64,000 nt of DNA. Source: Candidatus Omnitrophota bacterium (lineage in GTDB: Bacteria > Omnitrophota > Gorgyraeia > Gygaellales > Profunditerraquicolaceae). Under the pieces are notes generated by a model. That model worked only from the letters and a program-made list of their open reading frames with translations, was not told the DNA's origin and did no database searches. Below are positions 38,022-47,205 of the stretch, piece by piece. The first letter of the stretch is position 1. Every line of letters starts with the position of its first letter. A program made the translations under genes and the position numbers. The stretch is taken from assembly GCA_023227985.1 (NCBI GenBank), contig JALOCB010000002.1, positions 10,956-74,955 of the forward strand, given 5' to 3'.

Positions 38022-40226
38022 ATGGATAGAAGACTTTTGACAAAGATAGCGGTTATCCTGGGTATTGTGGGCCTCTGCGCGTATTACTCTTTTCCTTTGG
38101 AGAAAAGGATCAATCTGGGGTTGGACTTGCAGGGGGGTATGCATCTTTTGCTCAAGGTCGATACCTCAAAGCTTTCCGGCAAGGCTAAGGATGACGCCGG
38201 AGACAGGGCGATCGAGGTCATCCGCAACAGGGTCGACCAGTTCGGCGTGCGCGAGCCTACGATCCAGAAACAGGGCGAAGACGAGATAGTTGTCCAGCTC
38301 CCCGGGATAACTGACCGCGACCGGGCGATCGAGCTTATCGGACAGACCGCGCTTCTGGAATTCAAACTGGTCAGCGCTGAAGCGGATAAATTAGGCGAGG
38401 CGTTGGCGGGCAAAGTCCCGGAAGGCTATGAGTTGAAATACACGGTTGATGACAATGACCCGTTGTTGGTCGAGCAGAACGCCGTGCTTGCCGGAGACTC
38501 GCTTACCGACGCAATGGTCCAGTTCAGCTCCGGCGCTTTCAATGAGCCGGCGGTCAGCCTCAAATTCAACGCCGAAGGCGCGAAGAAATTCGCCGAGATC
38601 ACCGCAGCCAATGTCGGAAGGAGGCTGGCGATCGTATTGGACGGCAAGGTCCAGTCGGCCCCGAACATCCGCGAGCCCATCCCTTCGGGAGAGGCGCAGA
38701 TCACCGGCCGGTTCACTATGGACGAGGCGCAGGACCTGGCGATCATCTTAAGGGTAGGCGCTTTGCCCGCCCCGATGTATGTGGAAGAGGAACGGACTGT
38801 CGGGCCTTTGCTCGGACAGGATTCCATAAACAGCGGGATCAAGGCCAGCCTTATCGGGATACTGCTGGTATTCGCGGCAATGGCTGTTTATTACCTTTTA
38901 GCCGGTGTCGTTTCGGTTTTTGCGCTGGTGTTCAATCTTTTGATAACTGTAGGGACATTAGGCCTGCTTCCTTTATTATTTCCGGATTTTTCCGCGACCT
39001 TGACTTTGCCGGGTATCGCCGGTATCGTTTTATCATTAGGTATGGCGGTTGACGCCAACGTCCTGATCAATGAAAGGATCAGGGAAGAGCTGGCCGCGGG
39101 AAAAGGTTTGAAGGCGGCTTTAGCCAACGGTTATGACAAGGCCTTCAGCGCCATATTTGATTCCAACCTGACTACCTTGATCGCGGCGTTCTTGCTCTTT
39201 CAGTTCGGTACAGGTCCGATCCGCGGTTTCGCGGTCACTTTGACCATAGGCCTTATGGCCAGTATGTTTACCGCTATAGTGGTTACCCGGACCATATTCG
39301 AAGTCTTGCTGCATTTCAAGCTGATAAAATCCCTGCCTATGCTCAATTTGATCAGGCCGACCAAAGTGGATTTTATAGGCCATCGCCGGATATTCTACGT
39401 GATCTCCGCGGTAGTGATAATCGCAGGTTTGTTCGTTTTCTTCAAGAACGGCAAAAAGTCTTTCGGCATAGATTTTGCCGGCGGACAGGTCCAGGAATTC
39501 AGCTTTAAGAATCCGGTGCACGCTGATAGGGTGCGCGAGGCGCTTAAAGACCTGGATATGGCCGACGCTTCCATCCAGCAGTTCAGGGATAAGCCTAATG
39601 TCATTCTTATCCGCACTGCCCAGGATAAAAGCAAGGAGATGGTGGCGAGGCTGAAATCGGTTTTTCCCGCTGAGGATGTCCAGGTGCTCAAGATCGAAAG
39701 GGTAGGCCCGGTTGCCGGGAAGCATTTAAAAGGCAAGGCCGTGAATGCTTTGATTTGGTCATTGATTGGCATACTGATCTATGTGGGATTCCGGTTTAAA
39801 CATGTTAATTTCGCTATTGCCGGCATCATCGCGCTTTTCCATGACGTGCTGGTGGCGTTCGGGTTCCTGGCGATGACCGGAAGGCAGATCGACCTTTTAT
39901 CGGTCACGGCTTTCCTGACCATTATCGGTTTTTCGATCAACGATACTATCGTTATATATGACCGGGTCAGGGAGAACAGCCGTTTGTACCGCAAGTTAAG
40001 CCTGCGTGAGCTGATCAATCTGAGCGTGAATCAGACGCTTTCCAGAACGATCCTTACTTCCGGCATAACCTTATTGGTGGTATTGGCGATATTCTTCTAT
40101 GGCGGCGAGGTGCTCAGCAATTTCGCGTTCACCTTGATCGTAGGGTTTGTCTCCGGTGTTTACTCCACTATATTCATCGCATCTCCGTTGGTGCTTGCCT
40201 GGAGTAAGAGAGGAAACGCCAAGTAA
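38022..40226 (+). CDS. secDF: protein translocase subunit SecDF (fused)
   Basis: SecD periplasmic domain and TM bundle followed by SecF (FGIDFAGG) domain in one frame; start at ATG 38022 (MDRRLL) rather than the ORF-track start inside yajC. Confidence 0.85.
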   Translation: MDRRLLTKIAVILGIVGLCAYYSFPLEKRINLGLDLQGGMHLLLKVDTSKLSGKAKDDAGDRAIEVIRNRVDQFGVREPTIQKQGEDEIVVQLPGITDRDRAIELIGQTALLEFKLVSAEADKLGEALAGKVPEGYELKYTVDDNDPLLVEQNAVLAGDSLTDAMVQFSSGAFNEPAVSLKFNAEGAKKFAEITAANVGRRLAIVLDGKVQSAPNIREPIPSGEAQITGRFTMDEAQDLAIILRVGALPAPMYVEEERTVGPLLGQDSINSGIKASLIGILLVFAAMAVYYLLAGVVSVFALVFNLLITVGTLGLLPLLFPDFSATLTLPGIAGIVLSLGMAVDANVLINERIREELAAGKGLKAALANGYDKAFSAIFDSNLTTLIAAFLLFQFGTGPIRGFAVTLTIGLMASMFTAIVVTRTIFEVLLHFKLIKSLPMLNLIRPTKVDFIGHRRIFYVISAVVIIAGLFVFFKNGKKSFGIDFAGGQVQEFSFKNPVHADRVREALKDLDMADASIQQFRDKPNVILIRTAQDKSKEMVARLKSVFPAEDVQVLKIERVGPVAGKHLKGKAVNALIWSLIGILIYVGFRFKHVNFAIAGIIALFHDVLVAFGFLAMTGRQIDLLSVTAFLTIIGFSINDTIVIYDRVRENSRLYRKLSLRELINLSVNQTLSRTILTSGITLLVVLAIFFYGGEVLSNFAFTLIVGFVSGVYSTIFIASPLVLAWSKRGNAK

Positions 40227-40248
40227 AAAGTTTTTGATATCGATGTAT

Positions 40249-40296
40249 CCGCCGCCCACTGGAGCTTTAACGCGAAAGTGGGCGGTTGTATTTTAT
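40249..40296 (+). terminator. putative intrinsic terminator after secDF
   Basis: CCGCCCACT-N16-AGTGGGCGG followed by TTGTATTTTATT. Confidence 0.5.
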
Positions 40297-40302
40297 TCAT
40301 TT

Positions 40303-40356
40303 CAAGACCCGGTCTTGTAAGTAATTAGCCGGCAACAAGTTGCGAGATCGGGTCTT
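40303..40356 (+). repeat. family D element CAAGACCCGGTCTTG-N26-GAGATCGGGTCTT, 12 nt upstream of mfd start
   Basis: Seen directly; reverse-complement copy at 60700-60752. Confidence 0.6.
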
Positions 40357-40368
40357 AAGAGGATAAAA

Positions 40369-42261
40369 ATGTTTAAATCGCTGAAGATATATACCGGACA
40401 AACGGTCAGCATTGAATACCTGGCTGAGAGTTTTGTCCGCTTTGGTTACCATCGCCAGTCAGCGGTGGCCGACGAAGGCGATTTCAGCGTGCGCGGCGGG
40501 ATAATCGATATATTCCCGGTTACCTTTGAACTGCCGGTCAGAATAGACCTGGACGCGGAGAAGATCGTTTCCATAAAAAGTTTTGACCCGCTTAAAGGCA
40601 CCAGCCTCTGGGAACACACCATAGCCATAATCATCCCTTTCAAAAAAGCCAAAAGCGTTACCCAGCCTTCTTTTAACGAGAAATTCCCCCTGGAGAATTT
40701 CGTCGATATTAATATCGGCGATTACGTGGTGCACAACCAGTACGGTATCGGCAGGTTCAAGGGCCTGCAGAAGATAAAAACCGGGGAAAAGGCCCAGGAT
40801 AACTTAGTCATTGAATACGACGCCGGAGAAAAGCTGTTTGTGCCGGTGGACCAGATGCACCTGGTTCAGAAATACATCTCTTTCCATATAAGAAGGCCGA
40901 AACTCTTCCGGCTGGGATCAAAGGAATGGGAACGGATCAAAAACCGGGCCAGGAAGGGCATTGAGAAGCTGGCCTGGGACCTTTTGTCCCTTCAAGCAAT
41001 GCGGCTCTCTGCGGATGGGTTCGCGTTTTCCGCAGACACTGAACTGCATAAAGAATTCGCCGAAACTTTTCCTTACACCGAAACAGTTGACCAGGTAAAA
41101 GCGCTTATGGATGTGACGGCTGATATGGAAAAGGCTAAGACTATGGACCGCCTGCTTTGCGGGGACGTGGGCTACGGCAAGACCGAGGTGGCCATGCGCG
41201 CAGGATTCAAGGCTGTGGTGAATAATAAGCAGGTGGCTTATCTTGTCCCGACCACTATCCTGGCTGAACAGCATTTTCAGAATTTCTCCAAGAGGCTGGA
41301 GAACTTTCCGGTGATCGTGGAGATGCTTTCCCGTTTCCGCACGCCCGGTCAGCAGGCGGATATCATTAAAAGGGTCAGGGATGGCAAAGTGGATATAGTT
41401 ATCGGCACTCACCGGTTATTGTCGGATGACGTTATTTTCAAGGATCTGGGCCTGGTGATAATCGATGAGGAGCAGCGTTTCGGGGTTAAGGCCAAGGAAA
41501 AGCTCAAGGCCTTGAGGCTGACTACCGATGTGCTGACGCTGACCGCGACCCCCATACCCAGGACTTTGTATATGAGCCTGATGGGCGCCAAAGACCTGTC
41601 GGTCATCGATTCTCCGCCGGAAAATAGATTGCCTATCAAGACTGTCGTGGTAGAATATGATGAAGACCTGCTTCGGCAGGCGATTTTGCGGGAGTTGAAC
41701 CGCAAAGGCCAGGTTTTTTTCCTGCATAACCGCATAGAGGACCTGGAGCGTGTTCAGGAAAAGATCAGCCGCTTATTGCCTAAAGGCGCAAGATTGGCTA
41801 TAGGCCACGGTCAGATGCCTGCCAGGGAACTGGAACAGGTGATGTCCGCCTTCATAAAAGGCGATATCGATATCCTGTTATCGACTATGATCATTGAGTC
41901 CGGCATAGACATACCGAACGCCAATACGATCATAGTCAATAACGCCAATACCTTCGGTCTTTCCGACCTGCACCAATTAAGGGGCAGGGTAGGCAGGTTC
42001 AACCGTTCGGCTTACGCTTATTTCGTGGTCCCCCGGTCGGGGATTTTATCAGCCATATCCCAAAAAAGGCTTTCCGCGTTGCAGGAATATAGCCACCTTG
42101 GCGCGGGGTTCAAGATCGCTATGGAAGACCTTGAGATCCGCGGCGCAGGCAACCTCTTAGGCGTCCAACAGCACGGCTTCGTCAACGCGGTGGGTTTTGA
42201 CCTTTACTGCCGGCTCTTGAAAGAAGCTATAAATACGCTTCAAAAAATACCGAAAGGATGA
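40369..42261 (+). CDS. mfd: Mfd-like transcription-repair coupling factor, compact form (RNAP-interaction domain + SF2 translocase; lacks N-terminal UvrB-like D1a/D2 and C-terminal D7)
   Basis: 630 aa; RGGIIDIFP motif, RID-like DYVVHNQYGIGRFKGL, Walker A GDVGYGKTEV, DEEQ box, QLRGRVGR; only 142 nt intergenic upstream so no room for the missing ~400 aa. Confidence 0.75.
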   Translation: MFKSLKIYTGQTVSIEYLAESFVRFGYHRQSAVADEGDFSVRGGIIDIFPVTFELPVRIDLDAEKIVSIKSFDPLKGTSLWEHTIAIIIPFKKAKSVTQPSFNEKFPLENFVDINIGDYVVHNQYGIGRFKGLQKIKTGEKAQDNLVIEYDAGEKLFVPVDQMHLVQKYISFHIRRPKLFRLGSKEWERIKNRARKGIEKLAWDLLSLQAMRLSADGFAFSADTELHKEFAETFPYTETVDQVKALMDVTADMEKAKTMDRLLCGDVGYGKTEVAMRAGFKAVVNNKQVAYLVPTTILAEQHFQNFSKRLENFPVIVEMLSRFRTPGQQADIIKRVRDGKVDIVIGTHRLLSDDVIFKDLGLVIIDEEQRFGVKAKEKLKALRLTTDVLTLTATPIPRTLYMSLMGAKDLSVIDSPPENRLPIKTVVVEYDEDLLRQAILRELNRKGQVFFLHNRIEDLERVQEKISRLLPKGARLAIGHGQMPARELEQVMSAFIKGDIDILLSTMIIESGIDIPNANTIIVNNANTFGLSDLHQLRGRVGRFNRSAYAYFVVPRSGILSAISQKRLSALQEYSHLGAGFKIAMEDLEIRGAGNLLGVQQHGFVNAVGFDLYCRLLKEAINTLQKIPKG

Positions 42262-43178
42262 TTATGTCAGCCAGAGATTTATTCTTGAAGTCAGCATTAA
42301 CGGTGATAAGTTTATCGGTTCTGATATCTCCAGCCGCGGCGCAGGATAAAATAGTGGCTGTGGTCGGTAATGAGGTCATTACCCAGACCGACCTGGATAA
42401 TTTTGTAAATTTTACCCGCATACAAATGGCGGATAAGTTGAGCGGCAGCCAGCTTGAAGAAAAAATAACCGGTATGAAGGCGGGCCTTTTACAGCGGCTT
42501 ATCGAGGATAAGCTTATTTTGCAGGAGGCTAAAAAGAACGGCGTCAGGGCCGATGAATCCCGGGTAAACTCCCGGATAACCGAGATAAAGCGGCGTTATC
42601 CGTCCGAGAAGCATTTTCGCAGCGCGTTAGCTGAAGACGGCATGGTCGAGGCCAACCTGGTCACTAAGATAAGGGACCAGATGCTGATGTATAACATCAT
42701 CGACAGCAAGGTCAGGTCAAAAATCGTGGTAAATCCTGTTGAGATCACGGATTTCTACAACCGGAATATGTCTTTGTTCAAGACCAGGGAAGAGCGCAAA
42801 TTTCAGTCTTTACTTTTTGAAAGCCAGGATCTGGCTAAGAGCGTATATAAGCAGTTGAAAGACGGCCTGGATATTAATGAGGCGGCGAAAAAATACTCGC
42901 TTACCTTGAGCGACCTTGATGCCCGCAAGACGGAATTGAGGAAAGAGATCGAGGATGTCTTGTTCAATCTCCAGGTCGGCGAGATATCCCAGCCTGTGGC
43001 AAACCTGGGCAAGTTCTATCTGCTTAAACTTAGTGCTATAATCCCGCCGCGTCAGCAGACCTTAGCCGAGGTCAGGGAGCAGATAAATAACAGCTTGCTC
43101 GAGCGGAAGATGCAGGAGGCTTTGGTTAAATGGGTGGATGGGCTTAAGAAAACCGCGTATATAAAGATAATGCCGTAA
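42258..43178 (+). CDS. surA: SurA-like periplasmic chaperone / peptidyl-prolyl isomerase (PpiC type)
   Basis: 306 aa with signal peptide, SurA N-terminal chaperone region and one parvulin domain; surA-pdxA-ksgA order. Confidence 0.7.
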   Translation: MIMSARDLFLKSALTVISLSVLISPAAAQDKIVAVVGNEVITQTDLDNFVNFTRIQMADKLSGSQLEEKITGMKAGLLQRLIEDKLILQEAKKNGVRADESRVNSRITEIKRRYPSEKHFRSALAEDGMVEANLVTKIRDQMLMYNIIDSKVRSKIVVNPVEITDFYNRNMSLFKTREERKFQSLLFESQDLAKSVYKQLKDGLDINEAAKKYSLTLSDLDARKTELRKEIEDVLFNLQVGEISQPVANLGKFYLLKLSAIIPPRQQTLAEVREQINNSLLERKMQEALVKWVDGLKKTAYIKIMP

Positions 43179-43189
43179 GGATAACGAAT

Positions 43190-44140
43190 ATGGCTTTAAG
43201 ATCATCGAGAATAAGTATCGGCATTACCATAGGGGATCCGGCTGGCATCGGGCCTGAGGTAGTTGCCAAGGCCTTGGGGTATCGCTATAACGCGAAGATA
43301 ACCGTTATAGGCGATAAACGGGTTTTTGATAAATATGGCCGCAAGGCTAAAGGATTTGAGTTCATTGACCTGAATAATGTAAAGCGCGGCGGTTTTAAAC
43401 CCGGACAGGTTAAACCTGCTTATGGCCGGGCATCAATGGAATATCTGGACCTGGCTATGGATCTGTTGAAGTTCGGCTCAATTCACAGCCTGGTCACCGC
43501 TCCGATATCCAAAGAGGCGATAAACCTGGCGGGTTATCATTATTCCGGGCACACCGAATATCTGGAAAAGCAAAGCCGTGTTCCTCATTCGGTAATGATG
43601 CTTTTGAATGATAAATTCCGTTTCAGCCTGGTCACCCGGCATATACCTCTAAAAGATGCGGCATCCCGGATCAGCGCTAAGTCAATAGAAGAGACTATTG
43701 CCATAACTTATAATTCCCTGAAGAATATCTTTGGCGTATCGTATCCCAGGATCGTGGTCTGCGGTATCAATCCGCATGCCTCGGATAACGGCTTGATCGG
43801 TGATGAAGAGAACCGGATCATTATTCCCTGCCTTAAGCGTTTAAGCAAAAAGATCAAGGGAATAGCCGGGCCTCTGCCCGCTGATATTGCCATAGCCAGG
43901 GCTGCCAAAGGCAAATTTGACGCGGTTATCGCTATGTTCCACGACCAGGCGCTTATCCCTTTGAAACTGACCGGTGATCAAAGCGGGGTGAATATAACCC
44001 TGGGGCTTAATTTCATCCGGACTTCGCCTCTACACGGCACTGCCTTTGATATCGCCGGCAAAGGCAAGGCTGATCCGGGCTCAATGATCTCTGCCATAAA
44101 ACTCGCCTTAGAATGCACAGCAAACCAAAAAAAAGCTTAG
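43190..44140 (+). CDS. pdxA: 4-hydroxythreonine-4-phosphate dehydrogenase
   Basis: 316 aa; IGITIGDPAGIGPE start and GHTEYL, metal-binding His motifs. Confidence 0.85.
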   Translation: MALRSSRISIGITIGDPAGIGPEVVAKALGYRYNAKITVIGDKRVFDKYGRKAKGFEFIDLNNVKRGGFKPGQVKPAYGRASMEYLDLAMDLLKFGSIHSLVTAPISKEAINLAGYHYSGHTEYLEKQSRVPHSVMMLLNDKFRFSLVTRHIPLKDAASRISAKSIEETIAITYNSLKNIFGVSYPRIVVCGINPHASDNGLIGDEENRIIIPCLKRLSKKIKGIAGPLPADIAIARAAKGKFDAVIAMFHDQALIPLKLTGDQSGVNITLGLNFIRTSPLHGTAFDIAGKGKADPGSMISAIKLALECTANQKKA

Positions 44141-44898
44141 GACAGAACTTTCTGGTTGACCGGAATATCCAGCGCAAGCTGGTGGAATTCTGCGATTTCA
44201 GCCGATCTGATAGTGTATTAGAGATCGGCTCAGGCCAGGGCGCAATGACCGGCTTGATCGCCGACAAGGTAAAGAAATTATTCGCCCTGGAGATCGACAG
44301 CTCGCTTATCCCGATCCTCAAAGAGTCTTTGGCCGGCCGCGACAATGCCGAGGTGATCCATCATGATATACTTAAATTCGATATTAAACAGCTTGGCGAG
44401 AAAAAGATCAAAGTCTTTGGCAACATTCCTTATTACATTACTTCGCCGATAATCGAGCGCCTCTTGAATTATAAGGAAATGATCTCGGAGATATTCCTGA
44501 CTGTGCAGAAAGAATTCGGCCAGAGGATCGCTGCCAGCCCGGGGTCAAAGGAATACGGGTCTTTCAGCTGTTTTACCCAGTATTATCTTGAGCCGAAGAT
44601 ACTGTTTACGGTCAAGAAAAACAGCTTTCACCCGGTCCCCAAAGTGGATTCCTGTTTTTTGCGGCTTTTGGTCAGGAAAACCCCGGCGGTAGATGTTCGG
44701 GATGAACAGCTGTTGTTCAAGATCATCCGTACTTCATTCCAGCAAAGAAGGAAGACCCTGCGCAACAGCCTGGCGGATGTTGTTTCTAAGGAAAAACTGG
44801 AAGAATTCTTCGCGAAATATAAAATTAACCCCAAGATCAGGCCGGAAGAGCTTAGTTTGCAGCAATTTGCGTATCTAGTAAATCAGGAACGCTTCTGA
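44113..44898 (+). CDS. rsmA: 16S rRNA (adenine1518/1519-N6)-dimethyltransferase
   Basis: 261 aa; KKSLGQNFL start, SAM motif LEIGSGQG, NIPY motif. Confidence 0.85.
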   Translation: MHSKPKKSLGQNFLVDRNIQRKLVEFCDFSRSDSVLEIGSGQGAMTGLIADKVKKLFALEIDSSLIPILKESLAGRDNAEVIHHDILKFDIKQLGEKKIKVFGNIPYYITSPIIERLLNYKEMISEIFLTVQKEFGQRIAASPGSKEYGSFSCFTQYYLEPKILFTVKKNSFHPVPKVDSCFLRLLVRKTPAVDVRDEQLLFKIIRTSFQQRRKTLRNSLADVVSKEKLEEFFAKYKINPKIRPEELSLQQFAYLVNQERF

Positions 44899-44969
44899 AC
44901 TCAAAGCGGAAACTGGGCGGGGATTAAAGGGAGAAGTGTATTGAACTCAACCGGAGAAGTGTATTACCT

Positions 44970-45344
44970 ATGATAAAATTCCTTTATTTGATCGTTGGCG
45001 GCGCAGTAGGCACGGTGGCGCGTTATTTTTTATCCGGTCTTGTTTACCGGATCGCCGGCGCGGCTTTCCCTTATGGCACATTAGTAGTTAACCTGGTTGG
45101 ATGTTTTATAATCGGTTTTCTGGTCTCGATCTCCGATAATAAGTTCATGCTGGGCACCAACGCTAAATTATTACTGATGATCGGTTTCTGCGGCGCGTTC
45201 ACCACGTTTTCGGCATTGATCATGGAAACTAACGGTTTGATCAAAGACGGGGAAAGCCTCAGGGCTTTTATGAACGTGTTGGTCAGCGTGGTATTCGGTT
45301 TTATCGTATTCCGGCTGGGTGTTCTATTAGGCGAAGCTATATAA
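44970..45344 (+). CDS. crcB: fluoride ion channel CrcB/Fluc
   Basis: 124 aa four-TM protein with GxxGxxxTFSxF-like signature (GFCGAFTTFSALI). Confidence 0.8.
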   Translation: MIKFLYLIVGGAVGTVARYFLSGLVYRIAGAAFPYGTLVVNLVGCFIIGFLVSISDNKFMLGTNAKLLLMIGFCGAFTTFSALIMETNGLIKDGESLRAFMNVLVSVVFGFIVFRLGVLLGEAI

Positions 45345-45363
45345 ATTAAAATAGGGAGGCGTT

Positions 45364-45693
45364 ATGAAACTTCCGGCTGAAGGAAAATTACTTAGGATAT
45401 TCATCGGTGAAGCGGATAAATGGCAGGGCAAGCCTCTTTATGAGGAGATAATCTTTCTGGCGAAGCAAAATGGAATGGCAGGAGCGACCGCTATTAAAGG
45501 CTTTATGGGGTTCGGCTGCAAAAGCCATATGCATACAGCCAAGATAATGCGGCTTTCCGAGGACCTGCCCATAATAATAGAGATCGTGGACAGTGAAGAG
45601 AAGATCTCCGCGTTTATTCCCAGTTTGGATGAAATGGTTAAGGAAGGCTTGATCACCCTGGAAAAAGCTAACGTGATAATGTACCGCGCTTGA
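45364..45693 (+). CDS. DUF190 (PII-like) protein, CrcB-associated
   Basis: 109 aa; LRIFIGEADKWQGKPLYEEI... typical DUF190, frequently adjacent to crcB. Confidence 0.7.
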   Translation: MKLPAEGKLLRIFIGEADKWQGKPLYEEIIFLAKQNGMAGATAIKGFMGFGCKSHMHTAKIMRLSEDLPIIIEIVDSEEKISAFIPSLDEMVKEGLITLEKANVIMYRA

Positions 45694-45712
45694 TTTTACG
45701 TTAATCGAGGCG

Positions 45713-45885
45713 TTAAGTCAGTGAGGACTGTGTCAGTCGCTCGAACAGTCCTCGACCTTCCGGCCTGCACCCGGGCGTATGGCACCTCGCCATATAGGAG
45801 TGGCGAGTATGTCGCTTTCTGCGTCAGAACGTCCGGTGTGGCCCTGTGGCCAACGAAACTCGCTTTGTGACACAGCCCGCACTGC
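45713..45885 (+). repeat. family B MITE-like element (long copy, ~173 bp) with a nested family A-like insert, followed by a T-run; DUF190-SPFH spacer
   Basis: TTAAGTCAGTGAGGACTGTGTCA...TGACACAGCCCGCACTG; internal CACCCGGGCGTATGGCACCTCGCCATATAGGAGTGGCGA resembles family A units. Confidence 0.7.
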
Positions 45886-46016
45886 TTTTTTCGGTCAAAT
45901 ATACTCGCCTTCCACAAAATCAGAATATTTTTAGGGCGCTAATGTGTTTGCAATCCATGGTTCTGTGGTACAATATCATTCAAGGTTGGTTTTATTAAAA
46001 TAACAGGAGGAGAAAA

Positions 46017-46820
46017 ATGGAACAGCGGGATACAATTAATTTTGCGATAAATTGGTTGATCAAAACCGGGGTCTTTGTCGTGGCTTTAGTAATCTTCTTT
46101 GGAAGTTTTTATGTAATAGGCGTCGGCCAGGTAGGCGTAATATTTAATCAGGCTACGGGGCAGACTAAATCGGTTCAATCGGGGTTCAACTTGAAAATGC
46201 CGGTCATTGAACAGCTCAGTGTATTTGATATCAGAACGCAGCGGATCGATATAGTGGAAGATTGCGCTTCCAAAGATCTGCAGCTGGTTAGGATGAAAAC
46301 CGTAATAAACTACCATCTTGATTATACCAAAGTAAATGAAATATTCACAAAAGTAGGCAGGGATTATACGGATAAGATCATCATCCCTATAACCAATGAG
46401 ATCGCCAAGTCTTTAGTATCTCAATACACTGTGGAGAATATTATTGTAAAGCGCGCGGAATTGAAAGATGCTATTGAAGTGGCCTTGCGTGTAAAATTAG
46501 GCGAGTATTTTATCGTAATCGAGAGTGTTAATTTAGTGAATGTGGATTTCACCCCGGAATTCAACCGGATAGTTGAGGCGAAACAGATCGAAGAGCAGAA
46601 GATCAAAACAGCTGAGTATAAGAAGATGCAGGCCGCTCAAAACAAAGAAGCGGTTATTTTAGAAGCCGAGGGGGAATCCAAACGGCAGGAATTGATCAAG
46701 GCAACGGTTAATCCGCAGATCGTTTCTTTGGAATGGATCAAAAAATGGGATGGCAAGCTCCCGGTCACTATGTTAGGGGATAAAACAGTAATGATGGTTA
46801 ATCAGGATGAAAACAAATAA
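46017..46820 (+). CDS. SPFH/band 7 (prohibitin-like) membrane protein
   Basis: 267 aa; N-terminal TM, SPFH core (GQVGVIFN...), C-terminal coiled-coil; own promoter-like site and AGGAGG SD. Confidence 0.75.
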   Translation: MEQRDTINFAINWLIKTGVFVVALVIFFGSFYVIGVGQVGVIFNQATGQTKSVQSGFNLKMPVIEQLSVFDIRTQRIDIVEDCASKDLQLVRMKTVINYHLDYTKVNEIFTKVGRDYTDKIIIPITNEIAKSLVSQYTVENIIVKRAELKDAIEVALRVKLGEYFIVIESVNLVNVDFTPEFNRIVEAKQIEEQKIKTAEYKKMQAAQNKEAVILEAEGESKRQELIKATVNPQIVSLEWIKKWDGKLPVTMLGDKTVMMVNQDENK

Positions 46821-46843
46821 AGCTTTTTAAGCAGATCCCAAAA

Positions 46844-46874
46844 GGGCTGGACTTGATCGTCCAGCCCTTTTTTA
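46844..46874 (+). terminator. rho-independent terminator after the SPFH gene
   Basis: GGGCTGGAC-ttgatc-GTCCAGCCC followed by TTTTTTATT. Confidence 0.75.
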
Positions 46875-46923
46875 TTACTGATTTTGCGGGTCCTGGCCTG
46901 CCGGCAGGCAGGCTGTCGAGCCG

Positions 46924-47008
46924 TTAAGTTAGTGAGGCCTGTGTCAGTCGCTCGGACAGTCCTCGGCCTTTGGCCTGCGGAACTCGCTTTGTGACACAGC
47001 CCTCACAT
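46924..47008 (+). repeat. family B MITE-like element (short ~85 bp copy), just upstream of the HicAB islet
   Basis: TTAAGTTAGTGAGGCCTGTGTCAGTCGCTCGGACAGTCCTCGGCC...GGAACTCGCTTTGTGACACAGCCCTCAC; matches the ends and core of the 45713 copy, lacks its middle segment. Confidence 0.7.
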
Positions 47009-47135
47009 GTATTTGCCGAAAATCTCCTGATTGTGCGCTCCAGCAAACCCGCAAGGCTAATCTTGTTATCTTGATTTTTTTGTGTTTCACTAAACAGGAT
47101 GAAAACAAAAATTTTACTTGACAGTGATACCGGAT

Positions 47136-47190
47136 ATGGTACCATAAATTTCGATATGGACTTGAAAAATGGTTCCAGATATGGTATCAT
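47136..47190 (+). promoter_or_regulatory. candidate HicB operator: palindromes ATGGTACCAT (47136-47145) and ATGGTATCAT (47181-47190) within GATATGGTAYCAT direct repeats in the hicA promoter region
   Basis: Perfect 10-bp palindrome plus a near-copy about 45 bp apart, downstream of TTGACA 47118 and 16 nt upstream of hicA ATG. Confidence 0.5.
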
Positions 47191-47205
47191 TGTGATGGAG
47201 AGAAG

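Noticed and set aside
44899-44969. Possible fluoride riboswitch upstream of crcB
   Set aside because: The 71-nt leader contains a direct repeat (GAGAAGTGTATT x2). I could not find the conserved crcB-motif elements as I recall them (GGCGATG-type stem, CTGATG-type pseudoknot). A covariance-model scan would be needed to be sure.
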